DNA from: Takakia lepidozioides | Lineage: Eukaryota; Plantae; Bryophyta | DNA: 64,000 nucleotides | Reading direction: 5' to 3' | Assembly (NCBI GenBank): GCA_030704615.1 | Contig: CM060734.1 | Span: forward strand, 27,962,001 to 28,026,000 | Part shown: positions 1 to 13,286 of the stretch, one piece after another | Layout of the letters: each line of letters opens with the position of its first letter | Position numbering within the stretch: the first letter of the stretch is position 1 | Notes under the pieces: generated by a model | What the model was told of the DNA's origin: nothing | The model's input: only the letters and a program-made list of their open reading frames with translations | Database searches by the model: none | Made by a program: the position numbers and the translations under genes

Positions 1-430
1 TTGCTATCCATTAAGCGAGTAGAGTTTGACAGCTGGGAGGAAAGAAAGGTGAATGTTTATACTCATATGCATGAGGAACTTGTACTGGTAAAGAACTGGA
101 TTCCAAAATGATATCTTGTGGATCAAACCCACACCAAGAACAGCTTTTCAGACTTGTTTACCATATGGGTATATAGTAACGGAGACTTCTAGTATATCCA
201 GAGGAACATTGAAGCTTGAGAGAAACCCAGGCATATACGAGAGATACTACAGAAGGGAGTTTTGGTCATTGCCACATTAAAAGAAATGAAGGACATGGGA
301 CATGAGTGATGAAAGAGAAGCTAGACTCCAGAGATATTCAGCAAAAAGATAAAGTTATCTGAAAGCTAATTATCCATACCTTTGGGAGAGAGGAATAGAC
401 ATTGGGGAATCATCTAGACCTCTCACACCA

Positions 431-1737
431 TTGAGATCAGGGAGTAAATCACCCATACCGGAAGAGTTAGAGTTGGATACTATACCTTCCTTTTCTTTGC
501 AAGAAAGATTAAGGGATTTGGCAGGGGAAGAAGATCAAACACGAGGTGAAAGATCTGAGGTGCATCCTTGGATAAAAGATTTAACAGAAATCTTTGATAA
601 GAGTTGGCATGGAATACCAAGAGTAGGAACTCCAGTTTCTGAAACTAAAGATGAGGTGGCAGAGCCAACGGAGAGTTCAAACTCTCCAACACTATTACAA
701 AACAGTTACATGAGTGAAGAAGAAGAAGCCCAAGGGCAGAACTTGGAAGATGAAAACAGAGAGAAGAAATTGGAAGATGAGGAGTATGAAGAAGTAGACC
801 CAGCAGCTGAGGTTGAGACTACAACCAGGACATCCCAACCCGTTGGACCTGGATCAAGTGGAGCACTTGGATCACAGGCCAACGAAGGTGTCGGCTTAGA
901 GGGATCAGGCGGAAGACCTGGATCTGGCTCTGGGGGGACAGGGAGTGTGGAAAGTAGTGCAACAGAGGCTGGGAATACTGTGAATATAGTAAGGCCAGGA
1001 GCAGGAAGTGCTCAGGGGCCAGTACTTGGTAGAAGAACCACCACAACTACTAGAGGTCCTCGAGGACCAGTATCAGCCCAAGGGCCAACACCTGCAGGAG
1101 GGCAGGGGGTAGGGCACAGATGGCGTTACAACCAACACGGGCAAAACCACCTTTTCCAATATATTCAGGAAAAGGGGATCCTGATGTACACATTAGCCAA
1201 TTCGAGCACATGTGTATAGTGAACAATGAGAATGGCGATGATGCCAAGATGAGACTGTTTTTGTGTTCACTTATAAAGAAAGCCAGTGAATGGTATGCAA
1301 GATTCCCTGATAATCATTTCCTAACCTGGAATGGCTTGAGTACACCGTTCCGAAATAGGTTCAGGACTAGTAAAACTGAGGATGAAGTGTATGGAAGTTT
1401 ACAACAGTTGAAGCAAAATAAGCATGAAATTGTTGAAGAGTATATGGAGAAGATGGAGCTGATGATGAAAAAGCTGGCAGCTGTACCAGCACCAGGGCTA
1501 CAAAAGGCTTGGTTTGTGAATGGACTAAGACCAGAGCTGCAAAAGAAAGTGGACATGTTACCCCACAATACAGTGGAGGAGGCATTTGAAACAGCAAACA
1601 AAATTGAGCAATTGGGAATGCTTAGGAGAGAGAAAAGAGATGAAGAAGACTCAGAGGATGAGTCAGATGAGGAAGAAGAATTGGAACAGAAGAGGAAGAG
1701 TAAAAAGAAGGAAAAGTTGAAGAGAGAAAATTATTAG
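431..1737 (+). pseudogene. gag: Gypsy element A gag (frameshifted near 1120-1219)
   Basis: Acidic/Gly-rich N-terminus (431..1219), then a retrotransposon capsid signature FPIYSGKGDPDVHISQF...LFLCSL..ASEWY...WFVNGLRPEL (1120..1737). Confidence 0.85.
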
Positions 1738-1755
1738 AAAAGATTAGAAGAAATC

Positions 1756-2660
1756 TTGAAAAAGTATGCCACAGAGGCTACAACCCATTGGAGGAAGGGT
1801 GTTTGGTGTGCAAAATGCCAGAATGAAGGCCACACCACCACTGAATGCCACATGAAGGAGAAACACTGCACTATCTATAAAATGGATAACCATTCTACTG
1901 AGAATTGTTACTACAACAGAAGGATAGCAGCAAGAGAACCTAGACAAGTAAGGGTGCATCAAGTGCAGCCCCCCTGTGAGAACATACTTACACGATTTGG
2001 CTGTCCCTTGGAATTTATCAGTGATCAGGGAAGTCACTTCATTAATGAGACCATTGAATTATTGACTAAAGAGTTCATGATTGTGCATAGGAAGAGTACA
2101 ACATATTACCCACAGGGTAATGGGCAGGCAGAGGCTACCAACAAAATACTATGTACTATCTTGGCTAAGATAGTCAATGCAAACAGAACGGATTGGGATA
2201 CAAAGCTGCTGACAGCTTTGTGGTCATACAGCACTTCATATAAAGTCACCACTAAGTATACACCATTCCAATTAGTTTATGGTATGGAAGCTTTACTTCC
2301 AGTGGAATTCCTGTTACCTACCATGAGAACGGAATGGGGAAAGAGAATGGAATTGCAAGATACAATTAAGGTTAGGAAACATGAATTATACCATGTGGAA
2401 GAAGTACGAGCTGATGCAGCTGACAACATGACTAGAATTCAGAGGAAAAGGAATGATCAGTTTGATGAAGGGAAGTTGAAGACTTTTAAAACAGGAGATT
2501 TGGTTTTGTGGTTACAAAAGAAGGGAAAGAATTAAAGCTTCTAAGCTTAAATCGCCATGGAAGGGACCTTATGTCATACAAAAGATGTATGATAACAACA
2601 CGGCCATGTTACACCATAACAAAGAGATGCTGGGGAGAGTCAATGCCAACAAGTTGAAAA
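1756..2660 (+). pseudogene. Gag zinc knuckles fused directly to the C-terminal half of integrase (internal deletion of PR-RT-RH)
   Basis: CAKCQNEGHTTTEC knuckle, then an abrupt switch at ~1977 to ENILTRFGCPLEFISDQGSHF...YYPQGNGQAE (integrase core); W.GPY motif follows after a frameshift. Confidence 0.85.
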
Positions 2661-2802
2661 ATACAGTGGTATCCCTGACAAACAATTGAGGCACGATTGC
2701 ATATAGAAAACACAGAACAGTCAGGGGTCCCAACGGAACACGAAGTAACTTGTCGTAAAACAAATTGTGTATGTCTAAGCAAAACACAGGTGTTCGAACA
2801 GC

Positions 2803-2940
2803 TATCACAGCCTACAGGATCACACGCCTATCACAGCCCAACACAGGGTCACACAGCCTATCACAGCCCAGCACAGTGTCACACAGTCGCACACAGCCTA
2901 ACACAGTGCAACACAGCCTATCACAGTCTAACACAGCCTA
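2803..2940 (+). repeat. ~30-bp tandem repeat built on TCACAGCC/ACACAGCC
   Basis: TATCACAGCCCAACACAGGGTCACACAGCC-like units repeated about 4.5 times just downstream of integrase. Confidence 0.8.
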
Positions 2941-3168
2941 CCAGAATTACACAGTCCATAAGATTAGTGACAGGTGGACGCAGGATAACTTCAGGGAAAT
3001 GGCCGGCGGAAGAAAGGACGGAAGCCAGTTTAGAAATGGACACGTGGAAGTCAGGGCGCGACACACAGCTGAGAAGGAAGTGCAAGAACAGGTGTCATCA
3101 AGAAAGAGGACAAGAGTGGCCGTCAAAGTACCTACTTAGCACGTCAATTCGGATGAATGGCGGGCCCA

Positions 3169-6100
3169 TTACTGAATACGGAAAAAGGGTAACGGAACAA
3201 ACGGCAAGTACAGAAAAGCGCGGTGTTCAACGTGATAACGTGCAATGAAACAAGCAGTGTAATATACTCCACAGCCCATGACCAAACTGGCTACCTCCTT
3301 GGTCTTGGTGTGAATGTGCCCATGAACAACTTGGAAGGCAATTAACTCCTTCAACATGGTGCCTGCCTCAGACCAGTACCGCGCAAAATGATGATCCTCA
3401 ATGAGCTGATTCATTGCAAGAACTTTAGTCCGAGTGGCCACTGGCAACCAAATGCGCATTATTTGGTAGTAATGTGCAAATGATTGCGGAGGAGCAAATT
3501 CGTTCCAAGCTAAATCCAAGACATTGGGGATGTCGTTGAATGGCATGATCATAGCTCGATTGTATTGCAGTGTAGCAGGAGTCCTTGGTGGGTGGAAAGC
3601 AGCATCTCCCCATACCTCTGACTGTGTGGTTGTTGTAACAACAGGTTCAGTCACCTGCATTGCCACCTGCTGTGGTATTGGTACCACTGGCCCTTCCACC
3701 ACTGGTGCCTCCTGCACCTCTTTGCAAGAAGATTGGAAAATAAGCGCTCTGGCCTTCAAGTAAGTAATCCATTAGGTGTTCTTCAGGAATCATGAGCCTC
3801 TTGTCAATGTTTGAACTCAAGTCATCCACATCCTCCTGTAGCTCTGCTATCCTACTATAGACATTGTCTATAGTAGTTGTAGCAATGTTTTGCACTTGCT
3901 GTCTGAGGTCATTCATCTCCTCCTGGGTGAGTTTCCTCGGTGCTCTCCCTTCAATTGGCCCTTGTGCTACCAGACCTTCATAAGGTGATCATCCACCCTG
4001 TCCTGTGTAGCACTCCTGAGATTCTGCTCCTCCTGGAGTCTGTAGGCACTTAACTGCTGCTGTAAACCTTGCGTGTGCTTTGCATGAGGTTCAACTAGGC
4101 TTGCATAGGCAGCAGCCAGATTGTTGGCTTCTTTCCCTGCCTTGTTAGCCACAGATAGTTGATTCATATTGGCCATTACTGTGTGTTGCAACTCCAGGAT
4201 GTACTTCTCTTGGTTTGTTTCAACCTGTTTGTATTGCTGCAAAGCACCCTCGTTGCGACATATTGTATCTTTCAGGTCCATAATGAGTTTGGCTTGCTTC
4301 ACTACCTCAGTTTCTGCCATTACACATCCCTCCCTCTGCTTGTTGGCTTCTGTTGTGGCTTGCTCTAGAACATTTTTAAGGGTGGCACATTGCATTGTCA
4401 TCCTTTGATGTACTACCTCCAACTCTGCATGTTGTACCTTCACTCCTTGCATCTCATCCTCATGCTTGGTCTGCAATTGGAATAATTGCTGCCTGTGTGT
4501 CTCCTGCAGCTGGTCTTGCTCTAGACCCCCCTCAATCAATTGCTCCTTAGCGAATTGCAAAGCAGCCCTTGTTTCCCCTAACTCATGTTGTAACTTCAGA
4601 TGAACTTCCTCATCAATCTTGTTAACACACTGAGTGGCCAACCGAGCTTCAAACTCTTTTCTGAGCTCCTCTTTCACAGCTTCCAATTGAGTTAATGGAA
4701 CATGGGACTTCACATAAGTTCCCAACAAATTCAGGGTTCTGTTTATGGAATTCATAAGCATAGCCTGCTGGGGGTCATCATGGTGAACCTGCTGCTATTC
4801 ACCCACATCTTCCATAGGATGATGCCTCACAAACCACTCAGGCCACTGCTCGACCAGATCCTCTTTCTCAACCCCCTTCTTCTCCACAGGTGCTGCTGTG
4901 TCATTAAGTTCTACTTCTGGAACCTCCTCCACAGGTGTGGGTAATACATGCACAGTAGGGCTTGCCCTGTACAGACTTTGCACTTCCGGTACCACTGTTT
5001 CCTTGTCCAAGCTAGAGTTTTCATAGAGAAGGTCCCCCTTCTCAATTTCTGCCACCACCTGTTCTGTAGTGGGGATATCTAACCCTTCTTTCTCCAAATC
5101 AATTATTTGTGGTGGAACTGCATGGACAACTTGTGGTAACTCTGTGACAAGCCGATCATCTGGCTGTGATGGCTGTGATACTGAAGTAACCTCCTGTTCA
5201 TATGTGTTATCCTAGTGGACAGTCCAGCAGGGAAAGTCCACTAAAGAAAATTAAATCTAAAATCCATGACTGATTGTTCTACGCGGGCTGAGTGCTTAGA
5301 GATATCCAACTCTTCTATCTTGGAGTTTCCCCCTCGGATAGTGAAGGGATGGGTGAGTAAAAGCCGCGCGACACAGACCCGCTTCAATCAGATTCCCCTT
5401 TGGGAGCTGCGGGGCAGCCTTCGTGTCCTCCAATTCTTTCTGCAACTTGAGGTTGGCCTCCACATCCACCTTGTTTGCGTTGTCTGTACCCACATTTCTC
5501 TGTGCTGCTGTGCCCCCTCTTGCACAAGAGTATGAGTAACTTCTTCCTCTGTCTGTCTTGTAGCCAATGGTTCTGCTTCTAATGTGATCATTTTCCTTTG
5601 CCTCTTAGGCTATTGATGCTCTGCCAATCCCCCCTTCACCCTGTGAAGAACCTTGCTCTTCTATGGCAGTGGTTGCTGTCTCAAACACTCCCATCTCCTT
5701 CCTTTCTCTCGCATCAAGTATGCACGAGTCTAGAATAATTTGTGCAATGATTGGCCCGGACACTATGATATGAGACTTTGCGGCAGTGCCTTGTAATCTC
5801 TTCATCTCCTCTACCAGTCCATTGTACATTATGTCCGCCCATGCTACCTCTCCTTCTCTCAGGGCTTTGAGTATTTCCTCTGTGAAGGATCTGCTCAAAT
5901 ACTGTTGGTTCTGTTTCATGGCAAACAGAACGTTCAGTATCTGGCCTACCTCCCTTAGCCCTGGGTACACGGCCTTGGTACAAGCATAACTCTGAGTTTT
6001 CAAGAAACTCCCTTCTTGGAATAAGTCCCCTATTTGCAGTCTTGCCCTGTGCTCCTCCACATGCACCTGACCTGATGGCAATTCAAACAATTGTTGTAGG

Positions 6101-6555
6101 TATAGGGGAGTAACTTCTAATTCAACTCCCTTCACTGTTGTTGCTCCTGTTCTAGGCTCAAAGTTCTGCAAGAATTGTAACATGTACTGCCTATGGTGCA
6201 ATGTCCAATCTTTGCTTTGCAATCCTTCTAATCGCAGCTCCTTCAGTAACTGTACCGCCTGTGGAGTAGCAATCGTTTGTTTCTGCAGGATTGTGGTGCT
6301 CTTCACCCTGATTTCTTCCATCCCTCTCACTCTCTTCATTGTAGACCCACAAAAAGGTTTTGGCTGTAACAATTGAAGAAATGCCTGCAGGGCACAAAGC
6401 ATAAACGTATGGTTGTTACAAAATGCTATGGGTAATTTCTTGTAAGCCTGTGGGGCTTGCAAGCAACGATTAAGAGAAAAGATACGCTCTGTCCTTCCGT
6501 CCTTATGCCACTGCGTAAGTAATATTGCGAGCGTATAGTCTGTTAGTTCCTCCAT
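3169..6555 (-). pseudogene. Long antisense accessory ORF of Gypsy element A (broken by frameshifts; coiled-coil middle region)
   Basis: Collinear minus-strand ORFs 5605-6555, 5296-5591, 4795-5097, 3967-4761, 3647-3916, 3169-3759 lying between integrase and the PPT; 3967-4761 is Q/E/L-rich and heptad-like. Confidence 0.65.
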
Positions 6556-7375
6556 AGCTTCAAAGCTATAGCATTGATGGTCTATCCCGTCGAGACGCCC
6601 GTTACTTGGAACGACGCCGACTCTTGCGCTTAAAATCCCTCCAATTTCTTGATCCTGCTTCTGGCTTATGATTGGCTGTCAATGCAGATTTCTGAGTTAT
6701 TCCAGTGGCGATCATTGGATCTTACCATCAGTGCCACATCATACGTACTTATATGATGTAAAAACCATGTTGCAGAATGATTCACAACTTCGTTCATGGT
6801 TTAACTTGGCTTGGAACATCTTGGCCAAAGAAAAATTCGGCTTTGAAGATATTTTTACTAAGGGCCAAGCAGCCTGGAGGTATTTACACACTTCCCAAGT
6901 AATCGGAACGCCTCTCATTTATACGGACAAGGAGTTGAGGGTGTTCACTAACATGGCTTGTGACCACTTACAACAGGTCATGAATGGTAAGCTTCCAGAC
7001 ATGATGGGCCAACACTGCATGCCAATCATCATTCCTTAGAAACCAAAGAAGATCAGAAAACCAAAAAACCGCAGGACTGAGGACGATTCAGACACTACAA
7101 TTGAATCTTCAGAGAAATCTTTTGACATATGGGAAGAATATGAAAACTCAATGATGGACAAAAGACGAAGGGGATCTCCTATGTCTGAGCAATTACAGCC
7201 TGTTCTATCAAAGGGCAAGAAATCAATTTCAGGTACAGCTCAAGCATCTCCATCAAGCAGTCACAGAACTCGGGCACGCACACAGAGCCCTACAAGGAAC
7301 TCTCAACAGCAGAAAGGTGTTCGTTCACAAAGGGTTGCTGATCCTAAACAGTAAACCGTGAGGACACGGCTTTTT

Positions 7376-7950
7376 GAGAGGGGAAGGGGTAATGTTAGAG
7401 GACTGTCTGGGACTTAGGCACTTTTATGGGTTCCAAGGAGTACCCTTATTTTTACATAGACCAGTCACAGCCCGTCACAGCCCGACACAGTCGCACAGCC
7501 AGTCACAGCCAGACACAGCCCCACACTAACAACGGGTAGGAAGATAAAGCCAGGAGCGGGGACTGGAAAGGGATCACTGCTTGGGGAATCCTGGGGGGAC
7601 ATCACGGAGGACGGACGGAGGAAGATGGGGAGAGAAGAGGAATGATGATGATACTACAGAGAGGAGGAGGAGACAATTGCGACTTAGTTAGTAGAAGCTG
7701 TAGAATTACATAGAAAGGTAGATTAGAGAAACTGTGGCATCAAAATGTATCTGATTATCATTAATCTGATTCTTATCCGATACAAACACCTTGTGTAGAG
7801 AGACTTGAGTGAAGCTGTGTATGAATGGAATCAGAGGGTCAAAGGAGCAATCTGACGCTTAAATGTACTTGGTAAAGAAGAACTGAGAATATGAAAACCA
7901 GAAGGAATATAAATTGGAAACCCAACCATGATTCATTAGCTGCAGGTATG
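7376..7950 (+). mobile_element. Polypurine tract and 3' LTR of Gypsy element A (right end uncertain)
   Basis: GAGAGGGGAAGGGG (7376-7389) followed by TGTTAG at 7393; TCACAGCC repeats at ~7460-7520; integrase sequence resumes at ~7950. Confidence 0.6.
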
Positions 7951-9045
7951 TACACAAGTATTGCAAGAGTTGTGATGAGTGTCAGAGGCTAGGACCTTTG
8001 CAAAGATCTGGGAAGATGGCTTTGCATCCTACGATGCCTACTGAACCATTCCAGAAATGGGGACTAGACTTTGTTGGACCAATTAATCCACCAGCCAGGA
8101 CACAGAACAAGTATATAATCACAGCCACTGATTATACTACAAAGTGGGTGGAAGCTAAGGCTCTGAGGGACAACATAGCTAAGTCCACAACAAGGTTCCT
8201 ATATGAGAACATACTCACAAGATTTGGCTGTCCCCTGGAATTTATCAGTGACCAGGGAAGTTATTTCATTAATGAGACCATAGAACTATTGACTAAAGAG
8301 TTCATGATTGTGCACAGGAAGAGTACAACCTATTACCCATAGGGCAATGGGCAGGCAGAGGCCACCAACAAAATACTATGCACTATCTTGGCTAAGATAG
8401 TCAATGCAAACAGAACAGACTGGGATACAAAGCTGTTGACGGCTTTGTGGTCATATAAGACTTCATATAAAGTCACCACCAAGTATACACCATTCCAATT
8501 AGTTTATGGTATGGAAGCTTTACTACCAGTGGAATTCTTATTACCTACCATGAGAACTGAATGGGGAAGGAGAATGGAATTGGAGGATTCAATTAAAGTA
8601 AGGAAACATGAATTATATCATGTGGAAGAAGTACGTGCTGATGCAGCAGATAACATGACCAAAATTCAGATGAAGAGGAAGGATCAAGGTAAATTGAAGA
8701 CTTTTAAGACGGGTGATTTGGTACTGTGGTTGCAGAAGAAGGGAAAGATTAAAGCTTCTAAGTTAAGTCACCATGGAAAGGGCCTTATGTCATACAGAAG
8801 ATGTATGATAACAACACAACCATGTTACAAACCATTAACAAAGAGATGCTTGGTAGAGTCAATGCCAATAAGTTGAAGGGATACAGTGGTATCCATGATA
8901 AACCATTGCAGCATGATTTGCATCTTGAAACACAGATGTAGTCATAGACTATACCGGTGACACCAACGGAGCATGAAGCACTTGTCGTAAAGCCGAATGT
9001 GTATGGTCATAGCAGAGAACACAGGTGTTCACACAACCATCACAG
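7951..9045 (+). pseudogene. Second integrase copy of the element A family (premature stop at 8340-8342)
   Basis: YCKSCDECQR zinc-finger end, WGLDFVGP, TDYTTKWVEA, ISDQG; near-identical to 1977-2810. Confidence 0.9.
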
Positions 9046-9059
9046 GAGGTTTACTATTT

Positions 9060-9305
9060 CATGAGCAGAAACCATGAGCCATGAGCCATGAGCCGCATGA
9101 GCCGCATGAGCGGTGAGCCGAAGTCTAAGATACGCGGATTTCATGAGCGGACTCCTCCAAATTTGGAAATGCGGCAGATTAAACAAGTATTAAATAATAG
9201 TTTTTTTATTGACCTTGCCGTTTTTGGACGTTCCAGATCATGTAATGCGGCGAAGATATGTCGTCAGTAACAAGTCCGCTCATGGTTTTATAGATCCGCT
9301 CATGG
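9060..9305. repeat. Cluster of CATGAGC(C/G)G motifs, direct and inverted; probable subterminal repeats of MULE-1
   Basis: Six near-tandem CATGAGC at 9060-9111, one more near 9142, inverted CCGCTCATGG near 9276 and 9296, immediately after the Gypsy sequence breaks off. Confidence 0.6.
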
Positions 9306-9921
9306 AAATAAGTGACCGTGCAACGGGAAATCCAGTATACCACTGCAAAAGGACGTCGCATACTGGCCTATATAGAGTATTCCGCGGTTTTACATGCCTT
9401 AACATTGGAATGAAGCTGACCCTTTTGCCGCGATTGAACCAATGGAGTCTGCACCAATACAGTCTGCAGTACTTCACAATTCTGTCTTCTTCGGGTATTC
9501 GGCGGGAAAGGGTTTGCAACTGAACTGGGAAATAAGGTGCCGCATTAGGGTTCACACGTGCGAAATTTCGGAGCGGTTTTGGTGTTGGCGAAGGCCGCCT
9601 CTACCAGTACCTACGACGATACTTGGAAATGCGGCGCCGCATTTCCTTGTCGGAGGTCGAATGAGGAAAGCAAGATTTCGGAAAGCAGAAAAACATGAAC
9701 CCTCCAACATACAAAAATACATGCACGTGGAATATAAGTGAACGATATAGGTAATATCTTAGTTCGAGCAAAACAGGTTACTGGTAGGCAAGACATATGT
9801 CGGACCTTTCTGTGGCCAGAGTCTGAGGTACTGGCAGCAGTACAGTTCTACTATCCGAAAAGGATGGGCGTACCATTGTATGGGACCGCAAGCCAAGGTC
9901 ACTGGTCCCCTGGATCCATAT

Positions 9922-12876
9922 TCAGAAGAGTGTGAACCTCCTGGGGCTCAACCCTGGTGCATGTATGAAGTGATGAGTTGTGGAATTACAACGGAGTCTC
10001 TTTAGGTACACGTAGTACAAATGCTTGCAAGGGCAGTATGATGCCCCCTTGTTCGCCATGATCTGGAAGTCGGTGCAATTGCAGGTGGGTAATTCTGAAA
10101 TGGTGATGGTGTACACCTCATTGCGAACAGCTGAGCCCGCCGTGGCCATCTGATACACACGCCCGAATCCTGGTGGGGGCACTTCTGTCGAGCTGTGGAT
10201 TGTACAGTTCATCCGAAGTGCATTCCCCATCCTTGTCTCGTTCACTTTTGAGGGAGGTCGCCGCCTCTTCGGTTTCCCACAACGGTGTGTAGGATGCTTA
10301 GAGCTGTCGTGTCCCATTGTTCTTGCTCTCACAGGGGTCGGTGGTGGAGGCTGTGGAAGCGGAAATGGTTCTGGGGACGTCAGTGCGCTGCACCATCCGA
10401 AATCCTGCGGCGGTAAGGCGTCGGCCTCAACCTGACTCAGATCGCAGCCTGGTTCCACCGGCCACACCGGGGGAGCCTCTGGCATTGTTTGTATGCCGTA
10501 CTTGGGCTTGTCCGGCCCAAAGCCCCATTGTTTGCCGCTCAGGAACTTGTAGTACGTGGCTTGCTGCATGATTGCTCTGTCGATGTCCTCTGTTGTGGCC
10601 GTCACTACGTCCACCAGATGTGCGGCAGAAGACGCTCGCCAGGAGGAGTGGACCGATTCTGCCATATTCGTGTTCGGCATGTCCGTGTCGGAATCCAAGC
10701 ACCCCTAGAAGGACAAAACAATGGTGAGGGACCAATCGAAATGTCCGTAACAGAAAGACAAATGAACGAAATTGACAGCAGCCTACCTCCCGCATGTACT
10801 GTCCGAACTGTCGATACCGAAAATGCCACCACCCCAACCAGCTGTGCAATGCTCCCAGATTGGTTGTCTCCACTGCACCTGACGTGTTCCACCAAGCCTC
10901 GATGATAGCAAACTTAACCTCCGCGTCATCAAATGTGGGTGCATCCTTCCACGCCGTACAAAGGACACGGTGTTCAGCCTGGAATGAGCTAGCAACAAAT
11001 TTGGTAGTGTAGTGGGATAGACTCTGCATCCAATGGAATCCACAGGATCTCTCTTTCCCCTCCATTGGAACATTGGGGTCCTCACCGTACACACGCCGCA
11101 CCGCTGCCCAGTTGGCCTGAGCATTGTCTGCCATGAATCCCCTGAAATTGGGCTCTGGCAATCCCGCCCTTGCCATCTGCTCGTTTATGCCCTCCCACAG
11201 ATGCATCTCGGACTGTGTGTCCTCCCCTTTCATCTCGCAGATTGCAATCGTCATGAGCCTCTTGGAGTGATAGTCATAAACATGCGCACCCATAGTCACC
11301 CACTGGTTTGTAATTCGCTTGATGTGATCAAACATCACCCAAGCATTCGACAAGTTTCCAGTTGTCATGCGAGTGACCAAGTCGACTCCACTCCCAGGCC
11401 CACACGTCGACATTTTGAAAATGTAACAACGATCGGATTCGCTGCCTTGCCCTAGAAACCTGCTACCTTGGATGTAGTCATATCCAGTCATTCGTTTCAC
11501 CTCCAGGATTGAGTACATGTCCGACCCCCTGCCGAACTCCTGCTTGCAAGATACGATGTGATTCCGCACATTCGGACTACAAACGTGCGAGACGGACTCC
11601 AAGAGGTCACGCATCTCGTCTTCGGTCAAGGGCTCTCGGTCGGAACCATCTTCAGACATGATTTTGCCAAGAGCAATCTTGTGGGCTGCCTTCAGCTGAA
11701 TCTGCTTTGGTCTGGCTCCGGGGCTCAATTTCACCTCCTCTTTTATGATGTCGTGTGCTTCTGCACAGCCTCACGCATGTTGCCTCTCGCCAAGGGTGGC
11801 AGTGGACCCCAACGTGTATGCAAGCTCTAGTCAAGTCCGGGAGCAAATGGATAACGTAATATTGCTTGGCTCTGCACATGGACATGCACGTCGGTGGTTC
11901 TTTGCAATGTGCACACTTGAAAGAACCCGCACGAGCTTGACTGGAGACAATGAATGGATGATGCGTTGTGCCAGTCCAATCCGTCTCGTTTCTCCGCCCT
12001 CCTTTGGAGAGAAAGTGGAAGCAGGTGGGATTGAGGCACCTCAGCTTCCCCGCACAGAGGACATATCGTACACGAACACCATCAGCAATTTTCGTGCTAC
12101 TGGTCTTCGTCACACACCAGGGGTGTCCGTCATGCTTTCGATCCATGTCTGTTAACATCCCGGAGGCTTTGTTTGACGAAGAAACAGGTGGAAACTCGAA
12201 GATGACATTGCCATCGACTTTGGGAGGCAGAAACGTTACCTTTCTGACTGGAAATTTGGCATAGTCGAGAGCAGCCAGCTCGGAGCGAGAACCATCGAGG
12301 TGATGTTGTCGTAGGAGCTGCACAATGGACCGGGTTGGAGTTATGCTTGAGGCACATGCGTAGCACCGACAGAGACGTCCATGCCGGATTTGAACGACCG
12401 TGTGGAGGACATGGGTACCTCAATGCAATCATCTTCCTCGTCGGAAATGTCGAATACGTCCACACGAGAAGCTATGGAGGGTCTTGACGGTCCAGGTCGG
12501 GAATGATTATCGTTGCATACCTCTCTCTGTTGGCAGTGGCCGCCTCTCGGTTTCCGGACTCCTTTGTGGATGGTGTGGGCAGCGACTGATTCGGAAAGGG
12601 AATGGGCATTCCCACAGCTCGGTACAGGATGGTGTCTGATGGGGGAACGTGCCATTCGATTCCGCAACCTCCGTCGTTACCTAGCACGACAATGGTCTCG
12701 TCAACCTGTCCAGGAACATCCTTCCTTTCTTCTTCCAAATAAACTGTGCCCGGTTTGAGCTTGAATTTGGAACAAAGGTAAGTTTCAGTCACTCTGCAAA
12801 GTCCTCCCTCGTTTGGGATCCAGGCTCTCCCAAGTTGCGGAGGACAGCAAACTATAGCGTAGGAATTCGGAGTCAT
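9922..12876 (-). pseudogene. MULE-1: Mutator-like transposase with GCM/WRKY-like Zn domain, DDE core and SWIM finger (frameshifted, at least one intron)
   Basis: DGHPW..T...R...C.G.LRC.N..C...C..C...C.A...H.G.H.HP (11652..12323); MFDH, FMADNAQAN, CGFHW (10427..11734); NMAESVH and SWIM CNC.DF...CKH (9922..10698). Confidence 0.8.
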
Positions 12877-13286
12877 CGAACACCGCACGGAGTTGGCAAG
12901 TGCGAGGTTCAGTATAGCGACAGACCAAGGCTCACAGGTACCATGCGGAGTCCATCGACGATTGGAAGTTGCACATTGAAGTGGAAAGTATTGTTTCAAG
13001 CTACATGCATGAAGGTGGGAGGTTTGATTCCATAGCCAGTAAGTATGACAATGATGGCCGATTCGGCGACGAAATAACATCTCCTGACAGTTTCTCCTGA
13101 GGGTGGATCCAGCAGTATTCTCGGCAGACAGGAACATTCGCACTGACAAGTGCCAGGACTGTTAGTTAAAACGGTCAGACAACCAAGTTGTGCTCATCAA
13201 GACTGGCCGCAATGTTGTTTCGGAACAATGCAACCCATTGAGGTTCCAGATTTCCCGTCCCGAGTGATTCTTTCGATTGCTGGTGG

